DNA of 64,000 bases from NCBI RefSeq assembly GCF_006345805.1, contig NC_043000.1, forward strand, positions 74,524,001-74,588,000. Reading direction: 5' to 3'. The position numbers and the translations under genes are program-made. This DNA comes from Octopus sinensis (taxonomy: Eukaryota). Each line of letters starts with the position of its first letter. The first letter of the stretch is position 1. Positions 10,962 to 24,862 of the stretch are shown here, in pieces. Under the pieces are notes generated by a model, which was not told the DNA's origin, searched no databases, and worked only from the letters and a program-made list of their open reading frames with translations.

Positions 10962-12215
10962 TAGGGTGTCTAAGATATTTGAGGATAGATTTATGTTTAT
11001 AAAAAAACCCAGATATATAATAACAAATAACTTTATTTATAAAAAAATGCTTTGAGGATAAAAATAAACCTTATTATCCAATAAAGCCACCTTCAGCTTC
11101 AACAACTGCTACTATATGAGATCTAAATCATCTACATGCTTGAATCAAGTGGTCCTGGTTCATTTTGGACATTACTCTAACTATGGCAGCTTTCAAAGAA
11201 TCTTTGGTGTTATGGGTGTGTTCATTGACCTCTCTCTCAACAACACTCCACATGTAATAGTCCAATAGATTGAGATCTGGAGAATTAGGAGGCCAAATGT
11301 TAAGGGTTATGTGAACATGAAAATTTTCAGCCATCCATTCCTGTGTTACTAGAGCCATGTGTGATAGTGCAGAGTCTTACTGAAATACATGTGGCCGTCC
11401 ATTGTATACACTGTCTATCCATAGCTTAATAATTATTTCCAGAACCCCAATGTAGGTGGCAGCGTAAACTCTAAGGCCTTGTGGAAAGAAGTAAGGAGGC
11501 ATTACATATTCTTCATTGCTGACAACCCCTGAAACCATAACAGCTACAGGAAATTTTATATGCATAACATTTGGAACTTCAGAAGAGTCTGCACATAACC
11601 ATCAGTCATTTTTTCAGTTAACTTTTTGATCTTGGTTGAAGTTTTTCTCATTTGAGAAAAATCAAATCAAATCTTTTTCTGCTGGATTTTTCAGTTTGTT
11701 TAAGAGCCTTTTAGAGTTGATGTAGTGATTTTCTTTTGCTTTTTCTGACAAATTGACCTTTCCTCATCATATAAGACTTATATCTGATGTCTTTGTGGAT
11801 AACATTTCTGACTGTTCTTTCTTACACATGGAGATCTTTTCCAATTGACCTCATGGATTTTCTGGGATTGTAATCAATGGTCTGTTGAACTTGCTGGATA
11901 AATACAGGTGTTCTGATGGTTTCAGAGTGTTTAGAATGCTTTTTATGCTTTCATACTGGTGATACATTTCTATCTTCAGTCTCTAGCTCCTTACAAACTT
12001 TGTAGACGAAAGATCTGGCAACTTTTAAAAATTGAGATATTTCTAAATCGCTATGCTCAGCCTTTATAACCACATTAACAGCATGCCTCTTCATTTCTTG
12101 AATAAGCTGAGAGTCTTCCAATTGTTATTTTCTAAAACAAAGATTATACAGAGTTAGCAAAAAATGCAGCAATGACCCCAAAAAAGATATGTTCTCAAAT
12201 AATTTACGCACCCTG
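10962..12215 (-). mobile_element. Full-length decayed Tc1/mariner transposon
   Basis: Imperfect TIRs (tagggtgtctaagatatttgag / cagggtgcgtaaattatttgag), TA flanks, transposase motif WPPNSPDLNLLDY in ORF 11128..11358. Confidence 0.85.
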
Positions 12216-12319
12216 TATGTATGTATACACACACACACACACACACATTTGTGTATGTGTGTATGTGTGTATGAAATTGATATAAGAAATACAATTTACA
12301 ATAAAAATTTGCAGTTTTC

Positions 12320-12530
12320 ATCATCATCATCATTATCATCATTTAACGTCTGCTTTCCATGCTGGCATGGATTGGATGGTTTGACAGGAGCTGGATAGGA
12401 AGAAGACTGCACCAGGCTTCTTTGTCTATTTTGGCATAGTTTGTACAGCTGGATGCCCTTCCTAACATCAACCACACTGCAGAGTGGACTGAATGCTTTT
12501 TGCATAGCACCTTCACAGATGAGACCAGTG
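12320..12530 (-). mobile_element. RTE-type 3' tail fragment
   Basis: (CAT)n plus reverse complement of the RTE tail. Confidence 0.7.
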
Positions 12531-12934
12531 ACTAAGAGCAAAATCTCTCACCATAGTTAACCTGCATTAAGTGTCTCTGACTGCCACTCCCATTCTGTTT
12601 GTTATTTTAGTTTCCCTTTACCAGCATGATTGACAGGACCCTCATTACACTTTATTACATGTTAGATATATATATATAATGTATGAGGCATTTTTGTCAG
12701 GGTGACTCTAACTAACAGCTTTGTACTCAGAGTGCTCAATTTGGTATGCCACTAAAATTCTAGTATAAACTGCAGTTGAATGTGCAATTTGCAACTACCT
12801 TTCTAAAGCAGCTAGAAATGGCTTCACCTTGAGTAGGTGTGTATAGATTAAAACAGAAACAAAGAAGCAAACAACTTAGTATGATTGACAAGGACATTTA
12901 ATTTACCTGTCTAATAATATAATATAATAGAAAG

Positions 12935-14055
12935 GTGTGTATTTTATCATATTATATGTTTTGCAAACAACTTGCACATGCAAGTGCTACCAAACAGAAG
13001 CTTTGCATCCTGGAAGACAGCAAGTGTATGAGGCCATCAGAGAATGCATGCCATTTCGGGGCCTACCTCTTGACGGTATCATTGCACACCAGCCCCACCT
13101 GCAAGATCAACTGGTTATCAGATATAGCTCAATATTCTTCTAGCCATCGCTCATCATCTCTTTTTAACCAAATCCAGTGGCTTGCCTTTTCTACTGTTGT
13201 TTGGATATCACTCATGGTGGTATTTACTTTACGATGTGTTATGCCTAACGATAACAACAGTAACCTCATACTGTGTCCAACAAATCCTCTACATCCAACT
13301 TCAAATGGAAAATGCTCCACTTTCCAGCCTGCATTTTCATATTCCTCAAGCGGTATCCATGTTACCTTCATAAGGAACTTAACTTGACTACCACTGTTAA
13401 CTCGATTTACCACTTTTTGTCACACCATATTATGATATTTAGTTTCTTTGTAACTGGGATGCGACCCAGTAAATCCTTGGCACCTTGGTAAATCTGCAGC
13501 CACCTCCCAATAGCCATTCCACTTCTCATCACTCACAGGAAGTTTCTTCTTCTTCTTCTTGAAATGGATCTGCTGTCCTGAGCACATGAAGATAATGAAA
13601 TCTCTGGTTGATTCTTTCAATGTTTTTTGCCACTGTTGCAATTAGGTTCTTTATAGCATTGAAGATAACCTTAAGAACTGGATTGTGTCTCCGTGTATAT
13701 CTATTCAATGCCAGTGAACAGTTAGAAAGAATATATTTCAGTGTTCCAACTGTCCCTCATCTGCATATATCATTTTCTGAGATGTTCCAGCTTACTAGAT
13801 TTGTCGACAATGGCAAAACATAGGATGAATGAATCAGAAAACTTAGCTGTGATGTAGTCAACCTCCATATTTCATTCCAACTTATTTTTCTCTCAACAAC
13901 ATGTTCCTCCCATTTCATCATCTGTCCTGTTTGAGGGTATTGGATCAAATGAAGCTCACTTCTCTCTGTTTCCCTTGCTTTGATGCTGTTGCTAACAACA
14001 CCACGACACAATTCTGCAATAAATTTGGAAACAACAGGTTGTACTGCTTGGCATT
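12935..14055 (-). mobile_element. Decayed 3' part of a non-LTR retrotransposon with restriction-like endonuclease (HERO-like)
   Basis: WEEHVVERKISWNEIW, LSFLI, RH..VL, FEVGCRGF, EKASHWIWLKR. Confidence 0.75.
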
Positions 14056-14074
14056 CATGCAGGAAGCTCCAATA

Positions 14075-14715
14075 TGAAGAGATGGTGAACACAGAACAAA
14101 TGTTGGCTTGTCGTATCACCAAAACACATATTGAGAGTGATAAAAATCAAACAACAAGTCAACATCATGATGTTTGGAGTGATCACTAGTGATGGTGATG
14201 TTATGCCTCCATTCATCTTCCCACATGGCCTCAGACTCAATGTGGAGGCCTACATCAAGTGCCTAGAGGAGGTAGTGCTACCCTGGGTCAAGAGGGTGGC
14301 TGCTGGAAGATCCTGTGTCTGACAACAGGACTGTGCACCATGCCACACAAGCAGGAAAACCTAGTCAAGGTTGTCAAACAATTTCTGCAACCACATCACC
14401 CCTAACACCTGGCCACCTAACTCCTTAGACTGCAACCCCCTTGATTATTATGTATGGGGTGCAGTTGAGTGAGAGACCAACAAAACTCCTTGTAACACCA
14501 AAGATGAACCTAAGGCAAGGATTATGGCAGCATTCACCTACTTAAACAAGGAGACCATCCAGAAGAGTTGCAGGAGATTTCAGTCATCTGGTTGAAGCCA
14601 ATGGCGATTTTATTGAATAAATTTATTCTTTAGTATTTCAAGATATCTTTATGTAATTTTGCTAAATATATGTTAATTGAGATGTCAGTGTTATTTTCAT
14701 TTTTGCATAATTTAA
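14075..14715 (+). mobile_element. Tc1/mariner transposase fragment
   Basis: MMFGVITSDGDVMPPFIFPHGLR, QQD.AP.H, WPPNS.DCNPLDYY. Confidence 0.8.
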
Positions 14716-14733
14716 ACAACAATATATATATAT

Positions 14734-14766
<33 letters not shown>

Positions 14767-14767
14767 T

Positions 14768-15226
14768 CCTGAAGGCCGGTTTATGGGATTACCCTGGGTT
14801 TCCCATACATAAAGGGTTTAACTTTATGACGTATCATCAGACCCCAAGACCTGTTTAGAATATGGAGGGGAAAAGTCTTGGTAGAAAGGCAGTTATAAAC
14901 AAGGGGTGTTATCTCCCTTTGCTAATGGCTATTGACTTCCAGCCGTACTGCCATCGTTTAGCTATGAGGGTAAACAATAAGGGTTTATGTCCCACTCCCG
15001 TGAGCTATCAACTTACAGCTGCGCCATCATTTCGCGGTTCCCAAAATGCCAGCAGAAATTTCCTAAAGTGCAAACATGGCTCGAAAATCTCTGTTCTGGA
15101 GTTAAGTATAGCCCCTGGCCCTGGTTTGAATGAGTTTTAACGATTCTCATGTCTTTGGCTATGCATAGCTTGCTGCGTTTCGTCCCATTGATGTAGGGGC
15201 CTGGATTTTCGAGCCCCTACATCAAC
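14768..15226 (-). mobile_element. 5'-truncated Penelope-like 3' end with pseudo-LTR
   Basis: Minus-strand YINGTKR.KLCIA and LNSRTEIFEPCLHFRKFLL (GIY-YIG C-terminal motif of the same type as at ~8050-8150), followed by a hammerhead. Confidence 0.75.
14784..14846 (-). ncRNA. Type-I hammerhead ribozyme
   Basis: tggggt-CTGATGA-(cataaag/ctttatg stem II)-GAAA-cccaggg-TA-atccca: intact core, 6-bp stem I with one G-U, near-palindromic stem III. Confidence 0.7.
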
Positions 15227-15849
15227 ATATACACACACAGTTAAAGTTCTGTATGAATTATGTTATTTTTTGCTGTACACATTCTACCAGTATATGAAGT
15301 TTAAAAGTGTTTAGTTACAGCTCAAATCCTAGGGAAATTACCTTTTCCTATTCTCTCACTCCTGTTCGTGAGACAAGCAGACAGCCAGCTAGTAACTTGT
15401 GCCAGTCAAGCAGCCAACATATAACCACATATTCAGCATGAACAACTCAACACAGTTGCAGTCGTTGAATGTAAACAGAGACGACTGAATGACCAGTGCA
15501 CACACAGGCACAAAACATGTTCTACCTCATCACATTAACACTGTATTTCCCCTGTTTATTTTCTTCTTCGCCAACTCGAAGTAAGTTGGTAATGTCATGT
15601 AGCAGATTTCCTTGTGTCTACAACACGTAAATGCAAGTGTCAATTAAATAAACGATTTAAACCACAATCCAATGCTTTCCCATTGTTTTACTTTGCTGTC
15701 GTCCACATGCCTATTTCATCTGCTACCTGAACGACATCTTTTGCTACACCATCCGGCATAATGCCCCTCCCAATGCTCAATAGTATTTCTTTCTACACAT
15801 GAATTCACATCAAGAATTTTGCAAACCAAATACAAATATGAACTATATA

Positions 15850-16400
15850 TATATCTCTTATTATAAAAGGCAGATTTTATCTGCCTCCCTTTGTAACTTA
15901 TAGAAATCTACAATATAGGATTTCTTCAATTACAATTTACCTAGCATTTTTAAGAGTAGAATGCATCGGGTCATGCCAGGTCCAGTTTTTAAAATTTAAA
16001 CTCCAATTAAGCAAAATTTACAGAAAACTCACATTCTGGTGTGTATGTCAAATGCTTTTCTTAATGTGGTTTACACCACACGCACACGCACACACACAGT
16101 GTGCAACGAATAAAATGAAAGTAAATAGCGACAGAGTGATTTGAGGAAGACTAAACTGAAAGTATTTAAACCACTACTCAAAAAATAAAAAAACACAGCA
16201 AACAGAAACAAATAAATACATAACGATTTACTCCTCACACAATTTCTTCAATTAGAGTTTACCTAAGATTTTTCAAAGTAATCCATTCGGTCATGCCATA
16301 ATATATTTCTTTCAATTTCACCCCCAATTAAGACAAAATTCGAGAAAACTCAATATTTTAACATTTCACTCCGAAAGCATTGATGTACATGTGTGCGTGC

Positions 16401-16451
<51 letters not shown>

Positions 16452-19298
16452 ATGGGTTGTGCAACACAGAAAGTGTGGTGTGTAAGTGAAGTGCTTTTGT
16501 TAGTGTGTGTAAAGAGACAGACAGAGTGAAAGACAGAAATAACTGAACTTTTTTATTCACTTTTGTAGTGAGTGACTGAGAAAGAAAAGAGAGAGAGAGG
16601 TTATGTATGTATATATGTATGTATGGCTTCAGTGACACACACACACAAAAACACATACCTACGTACACCTAAAGCACGCACACACACACACACAAGCGGA
16701 GCGCGAACTTCAAAATTTTGGTAGTATTAATTTGCGAGCGTACTTCTAAGCGCGCGTAATTGAAAGTTTTCACTATGATATCATCACGTGCGAAAAAATT
16801 CGAAGGGTTTTGAACAATTGAGATACACATGTCACGCCTGTATTGAAACCATTGCTAAGCTGCCGTAATTGCTTATTTAAAACTTTGTTTAAATTGAAAG
16901 TGGCAAATATGTGACGAGGTTGAAAAAAAATACCCCAGAAAAAAAAATGTACTGCTGGTATTTATATAATTCACTACTATTTTGCTACAATGTCATGAAA
17001 AAAAAAAATTTAGGTATGTAAATCGAATTCGCCACCCCCTTTTCCCCGTTCGCGTTTGTGTAAAAAAAATTATTATTTAAGTTTTAAAAATTATTTACTT
17101 TGTTCAAAAAATATTAATATTAATTAATTTTCAAGAATTATTTAATTTTATTCTGTAAAATAGTAATTAATTCATTTATCTGTAAATCCGCGAGGTTGTT
17201 ACTCAGGCACCTACAATGGTAACCTTCAACTAACACTATCTCCTCCGAGACCCTGCGGCGCAAGTTGACCAAAATTGAGAGTATGGTAGAAGAAGGGTTG
17301 CTCTTCCTTCCGTAGAACATAAAATTCAAATCGGACCATGTTAACACCAAAAATTATTTACATCAAAAAGATGGTTTTTCTATGAAAATCCCTATTTTTT
17401 ACGATTTTTTCACTGCTGTGTCGCCACTTTTCGGTGTATTTCGACCAGAAAAATGTTCACAAAATTTTTACTTTTCAAAATTACAATTCCAGCGGGTCGA
17501 AACAAACCCGAGCAACGCCGGGCGATACTGCTAGTATATATATAAAGCTCAAGTTGTCTGTGTGTGTATGGTAGATTTGGTAGCCTTCAACTAACACTAT
17601 CTCCTCCGAGACCCTGCAGCGCAAGTTGACCAAAATTGAGAGTATGATAGAAGGCTTGCTCTTCATTCTGTAGAAGAAAAAATTCAAATCGGATCATTTT
17701 AAGACCAAAAATTATTTGGATCTTTTCCTTTTGACCGGCAGATTTTTAAAATAATTTCTTTGTAATTAAACACTTTTAAACTTCGTAGACTGGTCGAATG
17801 TGTTACATAAAACATCTTTTTCTCTTGGCTTGCTTGAGAAAATTCTGTAGTTTGTGAGCTATTTGTTGTTTAATTTCTTGCATTTCGGCAATTTCAACCA
17901 ATCAATGATATCTATTGAGGTGAATACAATTTCTCCGGTTTTTTATCAACAACATTTTCTGGCGGTGTCATATCAATTTTTTACTGTTATTTATGACATA
18001 TTTCATATCAGTTACGTTCGTATCAATAAAAGATTATTGTTATTAAACTTTTATTAATAAACACATATTGTAAGTTTACAACATATGCAGTTTTAATTTC
18101 CCTCTCTGTTGCACAGATACACACATTACATATTATATATTCGTTTAAGAAACAGATTGGGTTTACTTACATTTCTGAAGAAAAAAAGATACCCCTCCCC
18201 CACCCCTAATCATAACCCCTAACCCTAACCCTAACCCTAAAACAGATTGAAATGCAATAGATCGATACTAGGGTCATAATTATGGGTGAACACTAAAGAG
18301 GGAACGGTTTTGTTATCCAGCTCTGTTTACGAGTGACCCCTCAGTTTATGGCCACAGGGTATCTATTTTCTCATAAATAACAGTGACAAATTGATATGAC
18401 ACCGCCAGAAAATGTTGTTGACAAAAAACCAAAGAAATTATATTCACCTCAATAGACGTCATTGATTGGTTGAAATTGCCGAAATGCAAGAAATTAAACA
18501 ACAAATAGCTTACAAACTACAGAATTTTCTCAAGAAAGCCAAGAGAAAAAGATGTTTTATGTAACACATTCTACCAGTATATGAAGTTTAAAAGTGTTTA
18601 GTTACAAAGAAATTATTTTAAAAATCTGCCAGTCAAAGCGAAAAGATCCAATTATTTACATCAAAAAGGTGCTTTTTTCTAAGAAAATCACTATATTTTA
18701 TGATTTTTTTACTGCTGTGTCGCCATTTTTCGGTGTATTTCAACCAGAAAAGTGCTATCTACATGCTGTTACTATCTACGATGTTCAAGTCAAACCTTGA
18801 ATAGGAATGTTTTGATTTTACAGATTTTTTTAGTTATACGTGATGTAAAATAGTCGATTTTATTCATTTTATAGGTACAAACGCGATTCATGTTGCCCAC
18901 CTGTTTGGCTTCAAAATAACATTTCTTTTTTTGTAACCACAAACTGTTCTTACTAACGTTTTGGATTTTCCAGTACTTTTTCTTAATGAACACTGTTGCA
19001 GTGTTAACTTCTTAATAGATTTTCAGTGCAGTTCGAAACTTGAGCTTCATTTTGCTTTAAATCTACAGGTAATTTTTTTCTCCATAATGTTAATAGAAGG
19101 AATATTAACCAACAATATCAACAATTTAAGTTGGCATTACACATTTGCAGCACATTCAGAACAAACTCAAGCATCGCCACACTATACTTTTATTCAAAGA
19201 TTGAAACTATGTCAAAACTTTGTTAACATGACATCAAAGTCTGCCATTTTAAGCGCAACTAAAAAACAAACCCGAGCAGCGCTGGGCTATACTGCTAG
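15850..19298 (+). mobile_element. Composite/tandem non-autonomous Helitron-like array
   Basis: Units end with a GC-rich hairpin plus CTAG-t at 17534 (cccgagcaacgccggg) and 19298 (cccgagcagcgctggg); ~200 bp repeated at 17215 and 17578. Confidence 0.75.
17718..18649. mobile_element. MITE/foldback element with ~260-bp TIRs inserted in the Helitron-like element
   Basis: TIRs start ggatc; 8-bp TSD aattattt (17710-17717, 18650-18657); internal (CCCTAA)n at ~18215-18240. Confidence 0.85.
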
Positions 19299-19310
19299 TA
19301 TATATATATA

Positions 19311-19341
<31 letters not shown>

Positions 19342-20635
19342 CATACAAGGGGTGTTCATTAAAGATTTCCTCTCACCTACTTCCAAAAGACTAGGATAAA
19401 TGAAACTTGGCATAATTATTAGTCCTTTTCTACATAGCCACCACTAATGATGACACACTTTTCCTATCATTTTATGCAGCTATGAAGACCATGTCTGTAG
19501 AAGTCAGTAAGTTGAATCTGAAGCCAAGACTTTACCTCGGAAATAAGTTCATTATCATCTAAAAAGTGCTTCTTCTTCAAAAAAGACTTCATGGTTTAAA
19601 AGAGGTGGAAATGAGATGGTGTGAGTAAGAGTAAGTGGGATCAGGAAGGATTTCACAGGAATGTGCTTTCATCAGGGTAACATGTGCATTGTGAACTGGG
19701 GCACTGTCTTGGAGGAAGTAAACTCCTTTGGTCAGCATGCCCTGCCTCTCTGCTTTTATGGTGTCCTACAATTTCTGCAGCAGAGAAGCATATGCCCCAT
19801 TAATTATGGTGCCCTTTGCTTAAAAATCCATCATCACTGTACCATGCTGGTCCCACCTTGCCTGTTGAGGGTTGGACACAAGCCTTCTTTGGAGACAAGT
19901 GAGTTATCATACTTCCATTGCTTTAACTGGACTTTTGTCTCAGGATCATAGTAATAGACCCATGTTTCATCCTGTGTAATAAGTCTGCTGAAAATGTCCT
20001 CCTTGTTTTCTGGGCACTTTGCCAAAAGAGCCTGGGAGCAATTGACTCATTCCTGCTTCTGAAAAGATGTGAGCATCCAGGGAATCCATCATGCAGACAA
20101 CTTCTGCATGTACAAATGGTTATCAATGATTTTTTTCCGTGGACCCTACACTTATCATCATTTCTTGAGCTAATTGCTGAACAGTTATGCAGCGATCCTC
20201 TAAAATGGTGACTTCCACTTTATGGATGGTGTCATCATCAATGGCAGAATGCAGTCATCTGGGAATAGGAGCAGTTTCCACCGATGTCTGACCACATTTA
20301 AATTGACGATGCCAGTGTTTGACTACATCATATGATGGTACATCATCACCATAAACTTCTGTCGCCAATTCACTTATGCTCTATTGTTACTGCATGTATT
20401 TATGACTTGTAATAATTCGTTAAGAATGGGACTGCATGCGATTGTATTCCCTATACAATACGACCGCATGTGGTCCTATTTCTTACACTGGTGACCCCTC
20501 AAATACGCAGCCATTCATATATACTACGCAGCCGATAATAAACATAAGTACGGAAGTATTGACACAGAGGAAGCTGAAGAAGGAATATTTAAAAAAAACA
20601 AAAAAAAAAAAACAAGATACATATTCACAAATATA

Positions 20636-21460
20636 ATGGAACAGGAAAAAAAAGAATTCGAAGCATCATACTTCGACAGAAGTTACACACAAGCTTCTGT
20701 CAATGTCTTGAATTGTCCTCCATGGACTGGAGTCACACTAATATGGTTGGTGCAACTAGAGGCAAGCTTCAAAGCCAACAGAATAACAAACGAAGAGCAG
20801 AAGTACAACATCATACTTAGTAATTTGCCGCCACCGCTAAGCAATGAAATCAGGGATCTGTTACTGAACCCTATGGAACTGGTGTCGTATTCTTCGATTA
20901 AGGAAAAAATATTGAAGCGTACGTCTAGTTCCAAGCAAAAGGAATTCGCAAAATTATTTAACAACGAAGAGCTGGGTAGTAGAAAACCCACGCAACTGTT
21001 ACGAAGGATGAATGAACTGCTGGGGAACCAGCAAATAGAGGAATCGTACCTCAAAGAGGTATTTTTCAACAAACTGCCGTATAAAACCCAAACCTTGCTC
21101 TCGGCATTAAAAAACCAGAATTCAATTCAACAAGTGGCGGACAGTATTTTGGAGTTATCGTCCAAAGAGACTATTAGTGCGATTCCATCCATTTCAAGTG
21201 AAATACAAGAATTGAAGAAATGTTACGAGCAACAATTTGACGTATTAACGAAGAAAATTGAGAGCTTACAACTGAAGAGAAACAGCCGTGCCGATCAGAA
21301 AAAAAATACAAAATGGCGCAGGAGATCGAAGAGCCCTAGCGTGAACAGAAACACCATATGCTGGTATCATGCTAAATTCGGAGAAAATTCTTTCAAATGC
21401 ATCAAACCCTGTGCGTTTGATTTCCTTGCTAAAAAAAAAGGAAATTCGGAAAACTTCTAA
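20636..21460 (+). CDS. gag: Gag of element C
   Basis: 274-aa ORF with [12 protein letters not shown] and the CWYH.KFG...KC..PC motif typical of the CsRn1 clade. Confidence 0.9.
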   Translation: MEQEKKEFEASYFDRSYTQASVNVLNCPPWTGVTLIWLVQLEASFKANRITNEEQKYNIILSNLPPPLSNEIRDLLLNPMELVSYSSIKEKILKRTSSSKQKEFAKLFNNEELGSRKPTQLLRRMNELLGNQQIEESYLKEVFFNKLPYKTQTLLSALKNQNSIQQVADSILELSSKETISAIPSISSEIQELKKCYEQQFDVLTKKIESLQLKRNSRADQKKNTKWRRRSKSPSVNRNTICWYHAKFGENSFKCIKPCAFDFLAKKKGNSENF

Positions 21461-21468
21461 ACCATAGA

Positions 21469-24400
21469 TTGGATGCGACGAAGTCTGTGGATAACATTAT
21501 AAAAAGTCGCGTGTTTTTCGTATACGACTTAAAATTAAAAGAAAGATTTCTCGTAGATACAGGAGCAGCATGTTCAATATGGCATGTAAGGCTCTTAAAA
21601 CAGAAAACCAAACCCGTGTATATGACTCTTCAAGCGGTGAATCAGTCTGAAATTCAAACGTTTGGAGAGATCAGCTTAACGCTCGATATAAATTTACGAA
21701 GAGAATACAAATGGGTATTCATAGTAGCAGATTTGCCATATCCAATATTAGGAGCGGATTTTTTGGCGCACTATCATTTAATGGTAGATGTGAACAAACA
21801 AAAATTAATAGACACACAAACTTCCTTAAAAATTCAAGGAATGCGATGCAGAAGAACAACAATTAGTCCACTATATTTCATAGCGTCCTCAGAAAATAGA
21901 TACCACAAGATTTTGGAAAATTATCCAAAAATCACAAAACAGTTAGCTCTGAATACCACGTGTGCACATTCGGTAAAACATCACATCATCACACAAGGAC
22001 CACCAAGTTTTTCTAAGCCGAGAAGATTATCGCCGGAGAAATTGAAGGTAGCTAAGGCAGAATTTCGGCATATGATGGAGCTGGGTATAATCCGTCCTTC
22101 CAGTAGTAGCTGGTCAACACCATTAGTAATGGTGAAGAAAAATCTTATCGACTGGCGACCTTGTGGAGATTTCAGACAACTGAATGCGAAAACAAAGCCT
22201 GACAAATATCCAATACCCCACATAATGGATTTTGCAACTTCTTTGAGTAGTTGTACCATTTTTTCAAAGATAGATTTAGTCAGGGCATACAACCAAATTC
22301 CTGTGGCAGAAAACGATATACTGAAGACAGCCATTACCACTCCATTTGGTTTGTTTGAATTTCTTCGCATGCCTTTCGGATTGAGGAGCAGGCAAATACT
22401 TTTCAAAGGTTTATGGATGAAGGGACATGAGATTTACCTTTCGTGTTTGCTTATATAGATGATATTCTCATCGCTAGTCCATCGGGAGAAACACATGAAG
22501 AGCATTTTTAAAAAATCTTCAAACGATTAACAAAATTTGGAATTGTGATAAACCCATCGAAATGTGTTTTTGGTGAAACAACTATATCTTTTTTGGGTCA
22601 TCTTATAGATAAAGATGGAATTCGCCCATTACCAGAAAAAGTTGAAGCGATAAAAAACTTTCCTGTACCACATAATTTAAGGAAGCTCAGAGAGTTTTTA
22701 GGGATCGTCAATTTCTACAGAAAGTTCATTCCTAAAGTCACGGAAACCCTATATCCCTTAACTGAGCTATTGAAAAATAGGAAGAAAAAAAATGAAGCCA
22801 TAACCTTAAAAGAAACGGAATCGCAAGCCTTTAAAGAAATCAAAGAGAAACTGTGTAAAGCAACGCTTTTAAACCATCAGGTTCCTGAAGCGAAACTATC
22901 ATTGATGGTTGATGCTTCCGATGTTGGAATCGGTGGGGTTCTACAGCAATTTCATTGTAATTCCTGGCAACCATTAGCATTTTTTTCAAAAAAATTCAAG
23001 GCACCAGAAACTAAATACAGTGTGTTTGACAGAGAATTGTTGGCAGCTTATTTGTCAATCAAACATTTCAGACATCTTCTTGAAGGTAGGTCATTTACTT
23101 TATTCACTGACCATAAACCGTTAACATATGCATTGAAAAATTCTTCGGAAACATATTCTCCTAGAGAAATTAGACACCTTGATTTTATTTCACAGTTTAC
23201 TGTGGATATACGTTTTATCAAGGGGGTTGAAAATATAGCAGCGGATGCACTTTCTAGAATGAATGTAGATGCATTAAACTCATTAAGCACTATAGATTTG
23301 GAAGAAATGTCTAAGGATCAAGTTACAGATAAAGAATTTTCTGTATATAAAAATTCCGATTCAACTGCTTTAAAATTTAAAATGTTGCCGATACATTCGT
23401 GTAATTCACACATTTGGTGTGATATTTCTACAGGTTTTTCGAGACCATTTGTGCCTGAAAAGCATAGAAAAAATGTTTTTTCTAGCCTACATAATTTATC
23501 TCATCCAGATATAGAAGCTTCGTTAAAGTTAATATCTAGTCGTTTTGTTTGGCCTGGTATGAATAAGGATATTCATTCATGGGTAAAGTCATGTATGCAA
23601 TGTCAGAAATCTAAGGTGCAGTGGCACATCAAAGCACCATTAGGCACATTTGCAAATCCGGATGCGAGATTCCAACATATCCATATCGATATAGTGGGAC
23701 CCTTGCCTCCATGCGAGGATAATATGTATTTGTTGACATGTGTCGATGGTTTTTCGAGATGGCCCGAGGCTTATCCGATAAAGGATGTATCTGCAGTAAC
23801 TATAGCAAAAACCTTGTTTACCAATTGGATGTCTAGATTTGGCATTCCAAATACAGTGACAACAGATCGTGGTAGACAATTTGAGTCTAGCTTGTTCGCA
23901 GAATTCAATAAATTGTTGGGAATTAATAGAATTCGTACAACTTCATATCATCCACAGTCTAACGGAATGGTAGAAAGGTTCCATAGAGAGTTGAAAGCTT
24001 CATTAAGAACTTATTCTAATTCTAACGATTGGCTAGAGGCTTTGCCAGTGGTATTGTTGGGAATTAGAAGTGCGGTTATAGAAGAAACTATAAAGTATTC
24101 TCCAGCTGAACTTTTGTACGGAACAACATTAACTCTACCTGCTCAAATGTTCGAAGAAACTAAGTTTTTCAACGGAGATGTTAATGACTATGTAACTCGT
24201 CTAAAAAGATTTCTTACGGATATTCCTTCTTGTACATGAAAATTCCAAAATGTTAAAAGTTTTCTTCCTTCGGATATAAAATCTTGGACACATGTGTATG
24301 TCTGCAACGATGCAGCGCATAATTCGCTGAAATATAAATACACCGGACCTTTTAAAGTCTTATCAGTTACAGACAAAACTATGACTTTGGAAATGAATGG

Positions 24401-24746
24401 AAAGAAAGAAATTGTCAGTGTCGACAGAGTAAAAAAAGCTTATTTCGACCATTATCCATGTCATGAAACCAGAGATATGAGCAACACACATCAACACAAC
24501 GTGAAACAAAAATATGATATAGAAAACAACAAATCCGATGTTGAGGGAAAAGCGAAATCAATTCTAAAATCACCTACAAATGTAAAAAAAACTAGAAGTG
24601 GGAGAACTGTACACTTCCCAAGAAAACTTTTTTTTTGTAAAAAAAAATTTTTTTTATTCATGGATTATTTAACAACAAAAAAGAAAGAAAAAACATTATT
24701 TTTTTTCAGTGAAAGGAGAAGAACAATGTACGAACATGAAATGTAA
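21469..24746 (+). pseudogene. pol: Pol of element C with frameshifts near 22390-22500 and an in-frame TGA at 24237
   Basis: [56 protein letters not shown]; pol lies in the -1 frame at G_GAA_AAC (21448-21454). Confidence 0.92.
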
Positions 24747-24862
24747 GCGGAAAGACTAAATTCATATGTTTTAAACCTGTAAATGCATTTATATATAAAA
24801 AAAATATATGTATAACGAATTTCCTTCGCAAAATTGTGACAATTTTTCTGGTAAGGGGCTGA

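Noticed and set aside
18215-18240. (CCCTAA)n as a chromosome end or fusion site
   Set aside because: Only about four units, located inside a TIR-bounded element.
24294-24746. Possible env-like third ORF in element C
   Set aside because: In frame with pol after a single TGA; it is the integrase C-terminal region (GPFKV, VSVDRVK).
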